From the NCBI GenBank assembly GCA_964016885.1, contig OZ024740.1, forward strand, positions 195,238,001 to 195,302,000: DNA of 64,000 nucleotides. The letters run 5' to 3'. The notes beneath the pieces are model-generated. The model was given only the letters and a program-made list of their open reading frames with translations, was not told the DNA's origin and made no database searches. This DNA is from Eledone cirrhosa. Lineage: Eukaryota. The position numbers and the translations under genes were made by a program. Shown one piece after another: positions 1 through 15,022 of the stretch; position 1 is the stretch's first letter, and every line of letters starts with the position of its first letter.

Positions 1-158
1 TTGAGGCTAAACAACAGTGACAATAATGGCGACATCAACGATAACAACCCGACACCCACTCTCCACCACTTCTAGTTTTTTACTGTACTTGAAAACATTC
101 ATTCTAGTCCATTCTTTCATGTTATGCTTCCCTAACATCAAAGAAGGAAAACTACTAC

Positions 159-434
159 ACTTCACTATATACATACACTTCACCATATACATACACTTCA
201 CTATATACATACACTTCACCATATACATACACTTCCTTATATATATATACTTCACTATATACATACACTTCACTATATACATACACTTCACCATATACAT
301 ACACTTCATTATATATATATACTTCACCATATACATACACTTCATTATATATATATACTTCACTATATACATACACTTCATTATATATATATACTTCACC
401 ATATACATACACTTCACTACATACATACACTTCT
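159..434. repeat. 18-bp minisatellite (consensus ACTTCACYATATACATAC, about 15 copies)
   Basis: Direct tandem repetition visible in the sequence; it explains the repetitive ORFs 7..504, 17..589 and 155..514. Confidence 0.9.
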
Positions 435-2289
435 CTATATGTGTGTGTACCATCATCATCATAACCCTCATCATCATCATAATCATCATCACACACATAT
501 TCAATACAATACATTACAGTAAATCAAAAACACACAACAATATCTCGAGACTGCCATGCTTAACTATTTCATTTATCTCCATCCCATAAAGCTGTTTACA
601 ACAACCACCACCACAACAGCAGCAACAATAATATCAACTGCATATGACAGTACATGTTGCTATCTCATATTTATGTGCACCATGTCAGTAGTGAATGGTG
701 AATGGTGAATGAACATTTTGCTGAGTAAATAATCGATTTGCTCTCATCTGAATGAGAATGACATTAAATAATTCTTCACTAGGAAGAATTATCAGTTTCA
801 GATCTCCAGAGCAGACTTTTATATCAGCAGTTTACAAAAGTTTCATATGGCATGTTGATGCTGAGGGAAGGCTAGCTCACTATATAGCATCTTCAATATA
901 AAAAAAAAATATTAGAGAAGACCTTAAAGCATCATTAATAATAATACAATAGATTCACAGGTGGCAGAGGTGGTAGAATACTGAACTTCTAGCCAAATAG
1001 GAGCCAGAAAAGAAACACTTATGTTGTTGTTCATATACTAGAAATTGTATGCGTGTGAGTCTATACATATACATGTGTGTGTGAGCGTGTATCATTATTA
1101 TTGTTTTACATTTATTTTCCATACTGGAATAAATTAGATGGGTCGTCATATTCTGAGAGATTAGGCAGGTCAGATGACCATATCTTGCTGATATGTTCCA
1201 GTTTAACACGGTTTCAATGGATACCATGGATGTCCTTTCTAATGCCAATCACTTTATAGCATGTACTGGGTGCTTATTATTGTGACATTAACAATACCAC
1301 TTTACATCATTAGGGTGTTTGTTGTGTCCTCAGCCAAGATGTGGAAAGGGCAATAATGGGAGTGGGGATGTAAGATGAAAGCGAGCCATTTACTGCTTAC
1401 TGAGGGAGAGAGTTATCCTATAATGGGAGATGGAAAGGAGGAATAAGAGTTGGGTTCTGAGACATGGCCTTCAAGCGCGTGAGTGATGTCTGGTAGTACA
1501 TTGACGGATGCACCTGTCTTTCCATGCTACCATGGGCTGGATGAGATAGATAAAAGGATGTAAAAGAGGAGCAGACTATGGTGGAGAGGGAGATTTAGAT
1601 AGTGAGGACATGTATGCATACATGCACACGTACATCTCTCTCTCTCTCTCATATATATATGTATACACACACGCACACACATTTGAATATAAACACCTGA
1701 GAAAAAGTATATAATACATGTAGTAGAGTCAATTCATTCAGTGGAAGCTAATGGTTCCCTCCATCACATCTCAAAGTTTCTCTCCACAAACCATCTTTCT
1801 GAACTATGATCAAACCATTTCAGCCATAACCATCCCATCTTGATTTTCAGACAAAATATCCAGAACCAGATTATACAATGTGTCTTTCCTTTTCTGAAGA
1901 CAATAAGGTGTAGTTTTAAGGGGATTTGGCAACTATTTCTAGCAGGTCAAGGGACCACATAAGGAAATGTGGAGTCCTTTCAACGATGGGTGAAATTTTG
2001 TCAGCATTTGAATTTAAAACCTCCACTGCCAAAGTCTCTAAAAAGCATGGAAAAAATTAACAAAACAAGTCTAAGCTTTAAGACCATAACAGTAATTAGA
2101 TATGTTTTATGTTGAACTGTCATTAGTTCCAACAAGCATTTCAGTTGATTTGATCAACAGAACAGTCTGTTCATGCACGTGGCTGACCATTTCACAGACA
2201 CACGAATATACAGGAGCAATGTGTAATAAAGTGATTGAGATCGGAACACACTAACCACTAAGCCACAATTTTATATATACCATATATAT

Positions 2290-2580
2290 GTTAGTGACAT
2301 GATAAAAAGTACCCAGTTCACCCTGTACTGTGGTGTGGTTGTTTCTGTGCCATGATATAAAGCACTCAGTCCATACTGGAATGGGGTTAGGGTTAAGAAG
2401 GGCATCCGATCATAGAAACCAAGCCAAAATACAGATCTGTATGAGCCAGACCTGGTCTCTGGACCTAACTTGTCTCATAATGTGACAACCCATCTAACCC
2501 ATGCCAGCATTGAAAATGGACATTAAAAGACGATGATGATGATGATGATGATGATGACAGATATGATGATGATGATGATA
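2290..2580 (+). mobile_element. 5'-truncated SINE or RTE 3' tail with (GAT)n end
   Basis: Contains aagaagggcatcc...aacccatgccagcattgaaaatggacattaaaagacgatgatgat, homologous to the RTE 3' ends at about 29700-29908 and 57490-57660. Confidence 0.75.
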
Positions 2581-3782
2581 ATAATGATTTCTAGTACAGG
2601 CACAAGTACGTTACTGGTGCTTTATTTTATCGACCCCGTAAGGATGAAAAGCAAAGTTAACCTTGGCGGGATTTGAAAATCAGTTGCTTACCTATGAATT
2701 CATAAAATTAAAGATTTACTATTTTACTCACCATAGATATTCCTTCAAGTCCAACCCCCTCTCGCCCCCGTTACAATTTGTTCATGGTCCTAAAAAAAGT
2801 CCCCACATCTGGTATAGAGAATTTATTCCACACAGCCCCAGTGTCTTTATAAATGTGTGGGAATTGCATTGATATACTTTACACAATATGAGGCTTTAGC
2901 CTTTTCATACCAACATACAAAAAACTGACTTCATTTCTATGAAACAAAACCACCCATTTTAAAGGACTGCTATTTAAATTAAAACCTTTCAATGCAATTT
3001 TGTATAATAGCATTTTGTTTTTTTACTATCTTAATGAAATTATAATTTTAGTAAATCTTTCCAAAATTATTCATTAATTAATTAAAATACAAAGTATTTC
3101 ATTAGAAATATAGTAATAAAAAGGTTAAGAAGAATTCAACCTCACAAGTACTTAAAATTAAATGGAAATCTTCATATTTTGTATTTTATTTCATGAGTCA
3201 ATTTTTGATAAAAGAATTTTGTACACTTTTAATTCTGTTTTATTTTAATTTTTATTTTACAATTTTATTGTTATTTTTCATAGATTGTCTGTCAAGTTAG
3301 CATGATAAGTTTGAAGACAACAAATTGGCAGACACATTAGAGCATCGAACGAAATGCCTTGCAGTGTTTACTCTGGCTTCTGTCTTGAACTGAAATCACA
3401 CCAAGTCTGGCATAATAAATCAAACTATTCCATGTTGCAGTTGAATATCCCCAAGGAAGAACACGAAGAGTCAAATAGTTCAAGATCCTAATCAGTGAGC
3501 AGGGGATAATGGAGGGAAGAGGGGCGTGAGGAGAGAAGAAAGAGACAGTGAGAGAGAAATGGCAGAGATAGAGTAAAGGAGAGAGAGAGTTAAAGAAAGA
3601 AATGTCTTCTTAATAAAAAGAAAAATGAAAAAATTCTATGGTTATAAGAGGATAAAGTTAGAGAAACTAAATTCTGTACAAAAAAAGTACACCAAAATAA
3701 CTAAAATTTGTTGAACTTATCCTTCTTTTTCTGTCCAGAGTGAGGCTGTATAGAAATTTGTTTACATTTGCCCATGTATTCA

Positions 3783-4180
3783 TCAGCATCATCATCGTTT
3801 AACGTCCATTTTCCACACTAGTATGGGTTAGACGGTTGTCACATCATGAGACAAGTTAGGTCCAGAGACCACATCTGGCTCATACGGATCTGTATTTTGG
3901 CTTGGTTTATATGGTTGGATGCCCTTCCTAACACCAACCACATTAGAGAGTGGACTGGATGCTTTTTATCATGACACAGAAACAACCCCACCACCTTACA
4001 GGGTGAACTGGGCATTTTTTATCACGTCACCAACTTTACAGTGTGGGCTGGTCACTTTGTCGTGACACCTACATGATCACTTAACAGTGTGGGCTGGGTG
4101 CTTTTTTGTCACGACACCTACACAAACACTTTACAGTGTAGGTTGGGTACTTTTTGTCATGACACCTACATGATCACTTG
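3783..4180 (-). mobile_element. RTE-tail SINE or LINE 3' UTR fragment with ~44-nt subrepeats
   Basis: Reverse complement of the RTE terminus (catcatcatcgtttaacgtccattttcc...ggatgcccttcctaacaccaacc) plus several tandem acagtgt..gggtgctttttgtcatgacaccta units. Confidence 0.75.
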
Positions 4181-7100
4181 CTTAGTCAGGGGTAGAAGTG
4201 CAGCACCATTGACTCATTATGTTTTTCAGTGCCTCCAAGACTGCTGGGAGAAAGGGAAAAAGTTATCCTTAAACCAATGAGCTGATCCAAATGATAGTAA
4301 TGTTAAACCAGATGACGGTTTAAGTGTATCAACCAAAATCTCAGAATGCAAATAACCAGAACAAATACCACAAGGCATCTGATCTAGTGCTCTACGAATT
4401 TTCTACAGTGGAGTGATGTCTTATTTGTTTTAATTATCTTTCACTCTTAAAATTTGAGAATTATACATGCATGCCATCTTACACTTGTACTACTATAATA
4501 CACACACTATAGTATATTTGTAGTATGAGAAGCACATTACTTCATTTTTCAACAATTAATTGAAAAGGAACTACAGACATTAGCTTATCAAAGCCTCTGG
4601 TAGTTTCGTTCTACTAATTCTTACAAAACTTATTAGATATGTTAATATTTCTATATCAACCACATTCAAAGAATACTATTTGTTGTAACTAGATGTTGTT
4701 TAACCCTAGGTCAACACTGACTGAGCACACACATGATGAAAATAATTCTAGTTGGGATTATCCCATCACTCTGATCGATTGACAAGATCCCAGACGTCGT
4801 TTGCTTGCCAAATGGGATGGACCTCGTCAAATTGGACTAAGGAAACAATGCTTCCATTGGTCTTTCCATTGCTGATACTATCTACCAGTCGCAACTCCTG
4901 GCAGAAGAAGCAATGGGAAATAAAGTGTCTTGCTCAAGGACAAAACGCATCACCCAGTCCGAGAACTGAACTCACAACCTCATGATTGTGAATCCAACTC
5001 TCTAACCACTAAGCCATGTGCCATCCACATCTTTTTTTTTTTTTCAGTTATAGTATATCCAGAACTATATTATTCAAAGCATTAGTTTTTCTTTTCTGAG
5101 GTAGTAGGGTGTAATTTGATTGAGTTTTGGTTGCTACTTTTAGCATGTTGAGTGACTGCAAAGATGGTTCACTACTGGCTCAAGACAATTAGATTATGGT
5201 TGTTGAGATAGTAGTGTAAAGTTCCATGATCAATTGATCTAGTGGGACTTGAGGTACCACTAAAGATTCTCTCTTCATGCAATGCATCTAATACATAACA
5301 GTTAGAGTTTATCCCTTTATAAAACCCACTCAGCAACACATGTTAATGAAACACATTTTATGAAATACCAATTATACAATGATCAGTGAGTTAAATTCAA
5401 TCTAAACAAAGGTGGAGGGGGAGTAATTATTCCTGTACAATAAATCTAACTATTTGATAAAAAGTGGAGAGGATTTGACAAGAAAAACAAAATCATAATA
5501 TGTTGACATCCCAACAGGAATCAATGAGTAACACCTGTACATGGTGTTTATTAACAGAGTGACTGACCATTCCAGAGTTAAGTGTCTTGGCAACAGATAG
5601 TGTGTCAGAGATGGGGGGTAGCAGCTATGGTGGTGGTGGTGGTGGTAGTGATCATGGTAAGAACATACAAAATCATTAAAGAGTCTGTTGGCTGTATTTG
5701 AATACAAAAGCAATAAACTGCATTGAATTTTGAACTGAATAGAGAGTGCTTCTATGTGGTCACTCAATCTACTAGAAATAGCAGTCACATCTCTTTCAAA
5801 TCATACCCTACCGTTTAAAAAAGGAGCAAGACATATTAGATAATGTAGTTAGAAATACATCTAAACAAACGGTTTAGTCATGGATGGAGTGCCTTTGGTA
5901 AGTTTTCTTAAACAAGTTTGACCAGGGGCTAAATAAGAGGAGCAGCTGAATTGAAGTGAATATATTTGTTGCCAAATGAAATTAGATTTCTTCAATATGC
6001 ATATCACACAGTCTGTCTATCTGATATTGTAAAATGTAGACATGATTTGTGGACTAATGATCACCAAACAGAATAATTCATCTCTTCTACTTGAAATCCA
6101 TGTCAACAAGTATAACCTATTTGAAATGAACTGTTCTAGTAATTGGCAAACCATTATTCTCTGTAATGGTCTCTTCTATAAAAGACTTTGGGTAGAAAGT
6201 GATCATGTTAACAGAATTAGCAATGCTTACAGATACTCTATAGATTATGAAGACAAAATAAAGTAAAATAGAAATAAATGATCTCTTTAGATGGAGTCCT
6301 TCAGTTGTCTACATACTTACATAGTAATATTACATAGTAATTGATCTACTTGCTGAATACCAATAAACTTTAAGTTAGTTTCATATCAGCACATTAAATA
6401 TATGCACATTAGATTCTTCTAAACTTGAAATACTGTTGAAGAAATTGGTACAAGATGAGAGGCATCATCGAATATCACTGGGTTATAAGAGATTATTGCA
6501 TTATTTTTTATTTTATTTTTTTAATTAATTTAACTCATTTGAAAAGAGACAAGTCAGAAATTTTAATCTAAAATTTTAAAAATAGTAGTATGCCTTGTAG
6601 ACAAACATTTAAAGAGTCTATTCATTAATCAAGTAAGAGAACAAAAATTGATTTAACAAACTTTGTTCAATGCATAAGTAGCATTTAATATTCATTTCAT
6701 TTGTTGCTCAATTATTTAATATGATTATAGAATTAGTCATAAATTCAAAAGAAAGAAACGATTTGGACAAAAACCCTGGCAAGCAAACAAGCTCGTGAGT
6801 AATTTAATTGAACAAATAGAGAAAGACTTCACTAAATTCTTTTAAGCTGAACATAAATTAGAGATAAATCCCATTAGAATAAAAGTACTCTTGACTTAAT
6901 CAGAAGTGCTAATGTTATTAGGAAAAGAACAGAAAAATTCTCAAGGGGAGAAAAACAAACACTGTTATATGAAAACAAGAGTGTAATGGAATTATAAATA
7001 AATGAATATTTCTGTGGACAAGGAGAGAGAAACATTCAGTCTCAAAATATATATGACTAATTGATTTGTAGGAAGAGTTGTAAAGGTTCGGTTTTAATTA

Positions 7101-9477
7101 AAGATACAATACATAGCTATATACTTTACTTGTCATTTAGCTGTTATCTGAGTTAGAAATCTTACTATCTCTTTTGTTTGTATTTGATCTCAAAAGGGAT
7201 AAAATATGCTAGCTTCAAGTGAACAGGATTTCAGATGTCATTACACAGAGGAAAACTACAACAAATTACTTTCACAAAGATCAACTGTGACAATTTAAAC
7301 TGTAAAATACAGACAGAAAAGAAAAGACGTGTGTATCTTGTGTAACATTTCGGCAGCTATGTACAAAGTGAAAAATAAATAAAGTTAAATTAGTTGATGT
7401 ATAGCAACATGTTGCAACTGATAAATATTTTAACAGAACAGCAGATGAAGATGGTTGAGATGGTAACAAGCTGAATTAAATGTATTGTAACATGGATGGA
7501 GGCTTGGGTAAATGGTTAACAAGTTCACTTTGTAATCATGAGTTTTTGGATTCACAATCAATTTAGAGCATCATTATCAAGTATCTTTTACCATAGCATC
7601 AGGGTTATCCATGCCTGTGAAGGAATTTGGATAAACAAAAACTGTGAGGAAGCCTGTCAGAAGCTCTGTACCAGTAATTCAAATATCCATCATCATCACC
7701 ATTTTACGTCCATTTTTCCACACTAGTATGGGTTAGATGAGTTGTCCTGTTATGGGTAATGCCAGGTAGGTGACCATATCTTGCTCATATAGAACTGATT
7801 TTAGCTTGATTTCTACAGCTGGATGCCCTTCCTAATGCCAACCTCATTTACAGTGAGTGCTGAGTGATTTTTATCATGACACTTACACAACTACTTTAGA
7901 GTGTGGACTTGGTGATTTTTGTCATGACACCTACTTGACCACTTTACAGTGAGAGGGGGGGGGGGGGCATACTGTATATATGCTTCAGCTTTGACCTGTA
8001 CCCCTGCGAAGACAGGTCTTCATGTCATGCTATGTCTGCTTGAGAACTACATTAAGGGGACATTGGACAAAGTAGTCATAGAAATTCAAAAAGACACTAT
8101 GGTCATAGTTGGAATGCTTTTGATTATAAGTTTGCTTGATAAGGGCTGACCTGAGACTAAAAAACAACAATAACAGTCCTGTACACAAGAGGAAACTAGG
8201 AATGAGATATGAATGCAAAGAAATTGTACATTAGAAAAAAGTTTGGAAATAACTAACTCAATGCTTTCTCTTAGTGTACCCCACTTCTTATAGCTTAGTG
8301 ACTCAAGATAATGTATGGATGGATCTGTAACTTCTAGTGGAATTACAGGGGTTCTATAGTGACATGTGGCATTTCTTATACACTTTAACTCTTTAGCATT
8401 TACATTACTCTATATTTACTATTGTATTTTCACGGCAAACACTTTACCTCACATAATTATTTCACATAATATCGAATCTATGAGATTTTGATATTATTTA
8501 TTTTGAGAACAATACCTTAACATCAGTATGAACAGCCAATTACAGCCAGTTTGGACAGAAAGAGATGAGATAATTTTGGCTGGTTATGGCCGGTTTAAAT
8601 GCTAAAGAGTTAAATCTGTGAAACTCCATTCTTAACACAGAGAGACAGTGAGAGAGTAGAAGTTAGAAAGAGATGTAGCGGAAGAAACAGCCCCAGTATT
8701 TGACTGGTACATTTTTGTCAAACTTGAAAGGATGGAAAGCAACTTTGACCTAGGTGGGACTTGAACTGAAAAGTGTAGAGAGCTGAAACAAATACCACAA
8801 AGCATTCTGTCTCATGTTCTAATGAATCTACTAACTTGCTGCTTATAATCCAAGATAATGCTATAAAAAAAGTAGTAACAATTTTTAAAACTATTTTTTG
8901 TGTGTGTGTTATTAAGTTATTGCATCTCCTGACACGTTGACCAAAATAATTTTTTTTTAATAAACTTAAAGATGCTATTTCTCACAACAAATATTCTAAA
9001 CCAAATTTATATAATTATTTATAAATAATAAAAAAAAATATCATGACATTGTTATTAGTTTTCAAAAGATTAAAAAATGAATTTAGAAATATTTATAGCA
9101 GAGAAAAAAAAAGTTTAGAAATATATGAAGATGATGTCTGGTAAAAGATTAAATTTCTTCATCAAGGCAACAGTAATATATATAGACATTGAAAGATAAT
9201 ATGGTAGCATGTACATGTCAAGATAATGGAATTATTTTTACTGTAACAAATGCAATGCATATCGTTACGTTGTAATAAAGGTTGCCAAATAGTTATTTCA
9301 TTAACAGATTCAGAAAACAGCCAAGAGGAATGCTTGAAAATTTGCATTGGATGAGAATACCCTAAAGAATGAGAAGGAGGAGGATAGGGAAGGAGGAACA
9401 TGATAAGGAGGAATGGGAGGAGGTGGTGGTGGTAGTGGTGGCGGCGGCAGCAGTAGAGGAGGCAGAGGCTGTCTTTT

Positions 9478-10070
9478 ATTATTATTATTCCTTTTGCAGG
9501 TTTTAAACAATCTCTTGCCAGGTCATTACTTTTGACCCAAAGGCAGAAGAAGGTGGGTGTGTAGCCACATAGAAGGTACCATAAAAGTAACTTATTTATA
9601 GAAGAAAATCTGTTTTGTACAGTATATATATAATGTGGTGTTGAATTTATATGAAGGATAGAGATGGTTCACCTCGGATCTTGCTAAGATGTTTCTCACA
9701 TCTTTTCCTCATCATATCTAAAGCGCCTATGACAAGTGGTAATGCTTGCCTTTTAAGAGATACTAATATCGATTAATTTGCAGGTTTATATAATTCCTCT
9801 CTGGTGTGTTTGTTTCAATTGTCCAGTCTGTGATAAAGGGGAAATTCTAAAGTATGAGCTCTAGGTATTTGAACATCCTTTTATTGCTGTTTTATATGAG
9901 AGTTCTAGTTATATCATTCTCCTGTCTGATCAATATCTGCCTTAGTGTAGGGTTTAGGGTATGTTGCATATCAGTATCTTTTAGGCCTTTGTATCTATCT
10001 GTTTATTTTTGTTTATGTTCAGGCTTATGATGTTAAAACAGTAGTGTGCAACGAGGACTGCTAGGGTGTT
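9478..10070 (-). pseudogene. Decayed R4/Dong-like LINE 3' end (restriction-like endonuclease remnant, (TAA)n tail)
   Basis: Manual minus-strand translation gives NFPFITDWTIETNTPE, LIDISIS and LPLVIGALDMMRKRCEKHLSKIRGEP, resembling RLE-domain motifs; the piece ends in aataataataat. Confidence 0.55.
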
Positions 10071-13000
10071 TTTTGGAACTTATTTTATTTTTTGCATTCA
10101 GTACAGTCTTTAGGATGGCTCTTACTCACCTGAAACATTCACTGTTGTTGGTGTTGTTTACCACTGGATGGTAGATTAACACTTTAGAGTATCAAACAGT
10201 AGGCTTTGTGGTATTTGTTCCAGTTTTATAACCTGCCAAGGTCAAATTTACCTTTCAACTTTATGGAGTTGATAAAATAGTGAACCAATCCAGTACCTGG
10301 GTCATTATGATCAATCCCCCTCCCCCCACCAAATTGCTGGCCTTGTACCTAAATTAGAAACCATTATGATTATCATTAAGTTTTTGACATTTTCAAACAA
10401 GCTTCTATGGCATCACCATAGAATAGGTTTTATTTTTTATTTGCTTTTTTGTGTTGCAGTTGTTTTTTGTAGATTTTGTGTGTGGGATGGTATGTTACTT
10501 TTTTTTTGGGGGGGGGTCACAGAGGATTTTTCATGAAACCCCCTTTGAGAAACTCTGCCTTAGAGTATTTAATTGAATTTCATTGTGTTCTGAGTTCAAT
10601 CCTGACTATATTTAATCTCCAAAAAGTCATTAAAATATTTCTATATTTCAATTAACTATAACTTCCACCCTCTACAAATTTAAGGTCTTTTGCCACTGTA
10701 TCAATTATTATTTATTTATAACATCAAATAACAAAGTTAACAAACTATTCTGGAAATTTAAAACACAACTTCAGTGATCTGGAATTTAAAATAAAATTTT
10801 AACTAAATACCATTTGAAGTATAATAAAAAAGGCAAACCAAAATAAACAACAATAAATATCTTAATACAGGTGTCAAACTAAAAATAAACATTCGTAAAT
10901 ATTTAAACACTGACAACAACACTGCTGACGGTAGTAAAAATGAAAAAGAATATTCAAACAAGACCTAATAATGGATAGAAGATTTAAATTTATTGATAAT
11001 CTTCAGGCCTTAGTGTTAAGTATTTCAAAATAGCAACAACATTGCAAAAGTAACAAAATAAATATATTTTTTCAAACTTTTTCAAATAATGGATTTAAAA
11101 TCTTTTCTAAACTTGAAGTCATCATGGTAAACAATAGAGAGAATAGAGGGCCAAGTGTATATAGTAACAGACAATCATCCAAGATATCAACAACTAGATA
11201 TATTATATATATATAACACTGTAAAGTGGTTGGTGATAGGAAGGGCATCCAGTCATAGAAATCTTGTCAAAAAAAGGATTGGGAGGACCCTCAGTTGTTT
11301 CAAGGGCATGAAACCTCTCCTGAGCACTCAATAGAATGTGAGACCATACATAAGTGAGACACAAATCCCTGGCTTGCTTGGGATATCAGTGGCTTCGCTT
11401 TAGTATGGACTTGGTCTATATAGATCTGTCCAACCCTTGTTAGCAAGGAAAGAGGATGTTAAAATGACAATAATGATGATGATGATGATGATATCCTGCC
11501 ATTGGCAATGCTTTGCATATATGACCAAGGCTTAGTTTGTGTAGTCCATCTGGAAATAGCTACTACAGGGTAAAAATAACTTAGTACTGTAAAAAGTAAC
11601 AAGTGGTTTCCGAGGTTGCAGTCCTCATGTTTAACACCCCCTGTGGATATGGAGAGGCCATTGCAATACTCATCTTGAAACCAAAATTCCCCAATTGTCA
11701 CAATGTGTGTATTTATTTGGAATCAAGCTTTAGTTATTTACTATTATTACTTGATAAAGAAGGCAGAACAAAGTCCATGACTCTTTTTGTAGCTTCCAAG
11801 ACTTGATATCCTCAAAGCAAAGACTGGGTCATAATGTTTTCAGCAGAGTGGATCCCACTAAAAGAGTCAGGAGGTAGTGTTAAACTAAGTGACTGATTAA
11901 GTTTACCAGCCAAGTAGGTCACAGTGAATTCAGAACACAGAGATCAAAAACATCCTGGAAGGTATCCTATCTGAAGTTCTAACAACTCTCTAGTCCACCT
12001 TACTTTATTTATTAACCCCAGAAGAACAATAGGCAAAGTTTACCTTGGTGGTTTTTCAACTCAGAATGCAAGGAGAAGGAACACATTCTGCAACATATTT
12101 TTATCTAACAAATTAATGCTTCCACCTATTCTGATTATATATTGTACCTGATAGTTTGTGTACAATAGAACATTCCACATTCAATATATCATATGCACGC
12201 ATCAATCAACCACTAGGTATAATCTTGTAGCACCACTCTGTATAATTTAGGATAGCACACAATTAAAACATTCACGAGAGCTACAAATGCTAGGTCCTAC
12301 AACTTCTGATCATATTTTTTGGTGATCTCACATTTATAACATAGCAAAAAGAAAATAAACTTCCTAAAAATTAACCTTCATCTTCAAGACTCTAGTTTTG
12401 ATCAACTACTGACTCTTCACAAAGCTCATAGTGTCTACTGGAATCAGAAAACAGCACAGTTCCCATAACTTTCGGAAATATTTTTTCATGCTCAGAGTTG
12501 CTGAAACACCAAACGAAGTAGCTGTCGGGACACCGCATCCTTCAAAACTTCCATGTTTCCTGAAATTCGCCAATACTACACCTGCTATTCCCTCTCCATA
12601 CACATGCAGGCATGTGTGTGTATGTGTGTGTGTGTGTCTATATCATTATTGTTGTCTTATGTCTAGTGATGTTAGAGAGAGGTTAGAAAGTGAAGAATTT
12701 ATTTCTTTTCTAAAGGGGAAAATATATCATTGAATAAAGAATTAAGTAAAAAGTGTGAGTCAGGCAGAAATAAATAGGTGTATGTATTTATAACAAGGCT
12801 AATATTTGACCACATATATTCTTTTCTCAAAATTCCTTCTTTTTCTTTTGTTTGTCCTCATTTCTCTCCTCTGTCTTTAAAAACATCCTCTCCTCTTTCT
12901 GTATTTTCTTTTCTGACTAGCATGTTAAACAATAAGACTTTTACTACCTCCTTTATTGCTGTACTAAGCACCCGTCCACCATGTAACATGGTTGGCATTA

Positions 13001-13151
13001 GGAAGGGGCATCTAACCTTAGAGACCAAGCGAAAATACATATCTGTATGAGCAAAACATGATCACCTGACTTGACTTGTTACAACCCATCTAACCCATGC
13101 AAGTGTGGAAAAATAGACATTATGATATACATATATATATATAAAGAGAGA

Positions 13152-13212
<61 letters not shown>

Positions 13213-13215
<3 letters not shown>

Positions 13216-14995
13216 GAGGTTTTATTTAATTTGTTGGGATTCTCTTAAAAAATTTTATAACTGATATAAAGCACTCAACATATTAGTGGACTAAATGCAC
13301 AATATATTAATAAATGGAAACTATATTTATAAAACCATATTTATTTTATTATATATAACCAAGGCAAATTATGGTGTGCTTTCATCAGATAAAATACAGA
13401 TTTGTTTTATAAATAAATAATGACATACCTGGAAAAAAGACAACCTTAACGGTTGGAGCTTCCTGGATAGTGGAGATAATATTTTATTGAGGGTAATACA
13501 AAGTTATGAGTGAGTATGCAAATGGGTGTCCGAAAAGTTGAAAAGATAACGGTTTATTTAAATTAAACTGTTGGAAGAAGAGGATATGTAAGGGAGAGAG
13601 AAAAGAAAAAAAAAGGAAGGAGAAAGAGAGAAGAGGAAAGAAAGAAAGATTATACATAGTGATAGTGAAGAAGGTCAAGAGTGAACGAAGAAATAAATAT
13701 TAATGGAAGAATATAGAGCGTAAATATATCTAAGTGAAAGATGAAATAAGATTAATGTGGAAGAATAATATTTAGAATGTATGGTTCATTACGTTGTGAT
13801 TATAATATTTATAATGATAAGTTGGAAAAATTAAAATTAAAAATTAAAAATCAAAATTAAAGATTAAAATTTACCTTAATATTAAAAATTTAATTTAATA
13901 TTAATATTAAAAATTAAAAATTAAAATTAAAACAGAAGTATTTATATTATATTAGGATGTATTAGTAATAATATATTCGTTTAGATGTGTATGTTATGGA
14001 TTATAAATTATTTAAATAAATATATAGTACTTTACATTAGAGAAAATCTAGTATAGTTTATTTGATTAAAGTAAGTTTGGCAAAATTATATTTATTAATA
14101 GTTGTAAGTCAAAACTTAAACATCCAAATAATTCCAAATTTATGAAAATTTACGAGAGTTTACAAAGGAATAACTACTTAATTATATTATAAAAACAGTA
14201 TGGAAGTATAAAGGAAGTTAAAAGTGATTTTTTAAGAACTCAAATGACTCCAAGGATACATAAAAAAAACCCTTCAAAAAACCTTCTTTCAAAAAAAAAA
14301 ACATTTTTATGAGAAGTGATAGATGTTATAAAGTTAAAAAATGTTATCATAAACCATATGTTACGTTATAAGAAGTCATAAATTTATCTGAAGAATATAA
14401 TTAAAACATAAACCATAGGTTATTTTATAAGAAGTCATAATTGTTATAAAGTTAAAAAATTTATCTTAAGGATATAATTAATTAAAACATAAACCATAGG
14501 TTATTCCACATATATATATAAATATTTGGATATCTATTAAAAATATTTGAAAATATAAAATATTGGAAGATATGAAAATAATGGTTTTTCCATATCTTTC
14601 AAGAGAACTTTCAAAGAATTTTCTAAAACCTTCAGAAAGTCTTTCAAGGAAAATTTTTCTTAAAAGAATTTCAAGTAGTCATATAAAAAGGTTATAATCA
14701 ATTGATAAGTGTAATAATATAAAGTGTATTTATGAAGTAGAGATAATAGAAAGTAAATTAAATATATATGAATCATATATAGATATAATCTGAAGGATGA
14801 ATTTGTAGGTGGTTGGATATAGAAAACGTTATGTGAAGGAGATTGACCATATATTACATTTTATATATATATCTAAAAGTTGAGTTTAAACGATGTTTAC
14901 AAGATCTAAATAAATTATTACGCAAATTAATAGATTTCTTACTTTTTAGTATAAAGAATATTTCTTCAACGCAAAGGGAGTAATTTTTGGATAGA
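13213..14995 (-). mobile_element. Penelope-like element 3' fragment (GIY-YIG C-terminus, ~1.5 kb 3' UTR, degenerate HHR)
   Basis: ORF 14854..15150 ends SLCVEEIFFILKSKKSINLRNNLFRSCKHRLNSTFRY, paralleling CRLCSQELFEIMKSKDILLNKRQELIISCNHKLRKTF of 22825..23505. HHR-like motif at 13342..13396 (CUGAUGA intact, GAAA changed to GGUU). Abuts (TA)n. Confidence 0.7.
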
Positions 14996-15022
14996 CATGC
15001 AAACCGAGCATTATATGCATAC

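Noticed and set aside
7-589. Three overlapping repetitive ORFs (EVYVYS and FTIYIH repeats)
   Set aside because: They are translations of an 18-bp minisatellite and (CAT)n that are open in several frames, with no evidence of coding function.
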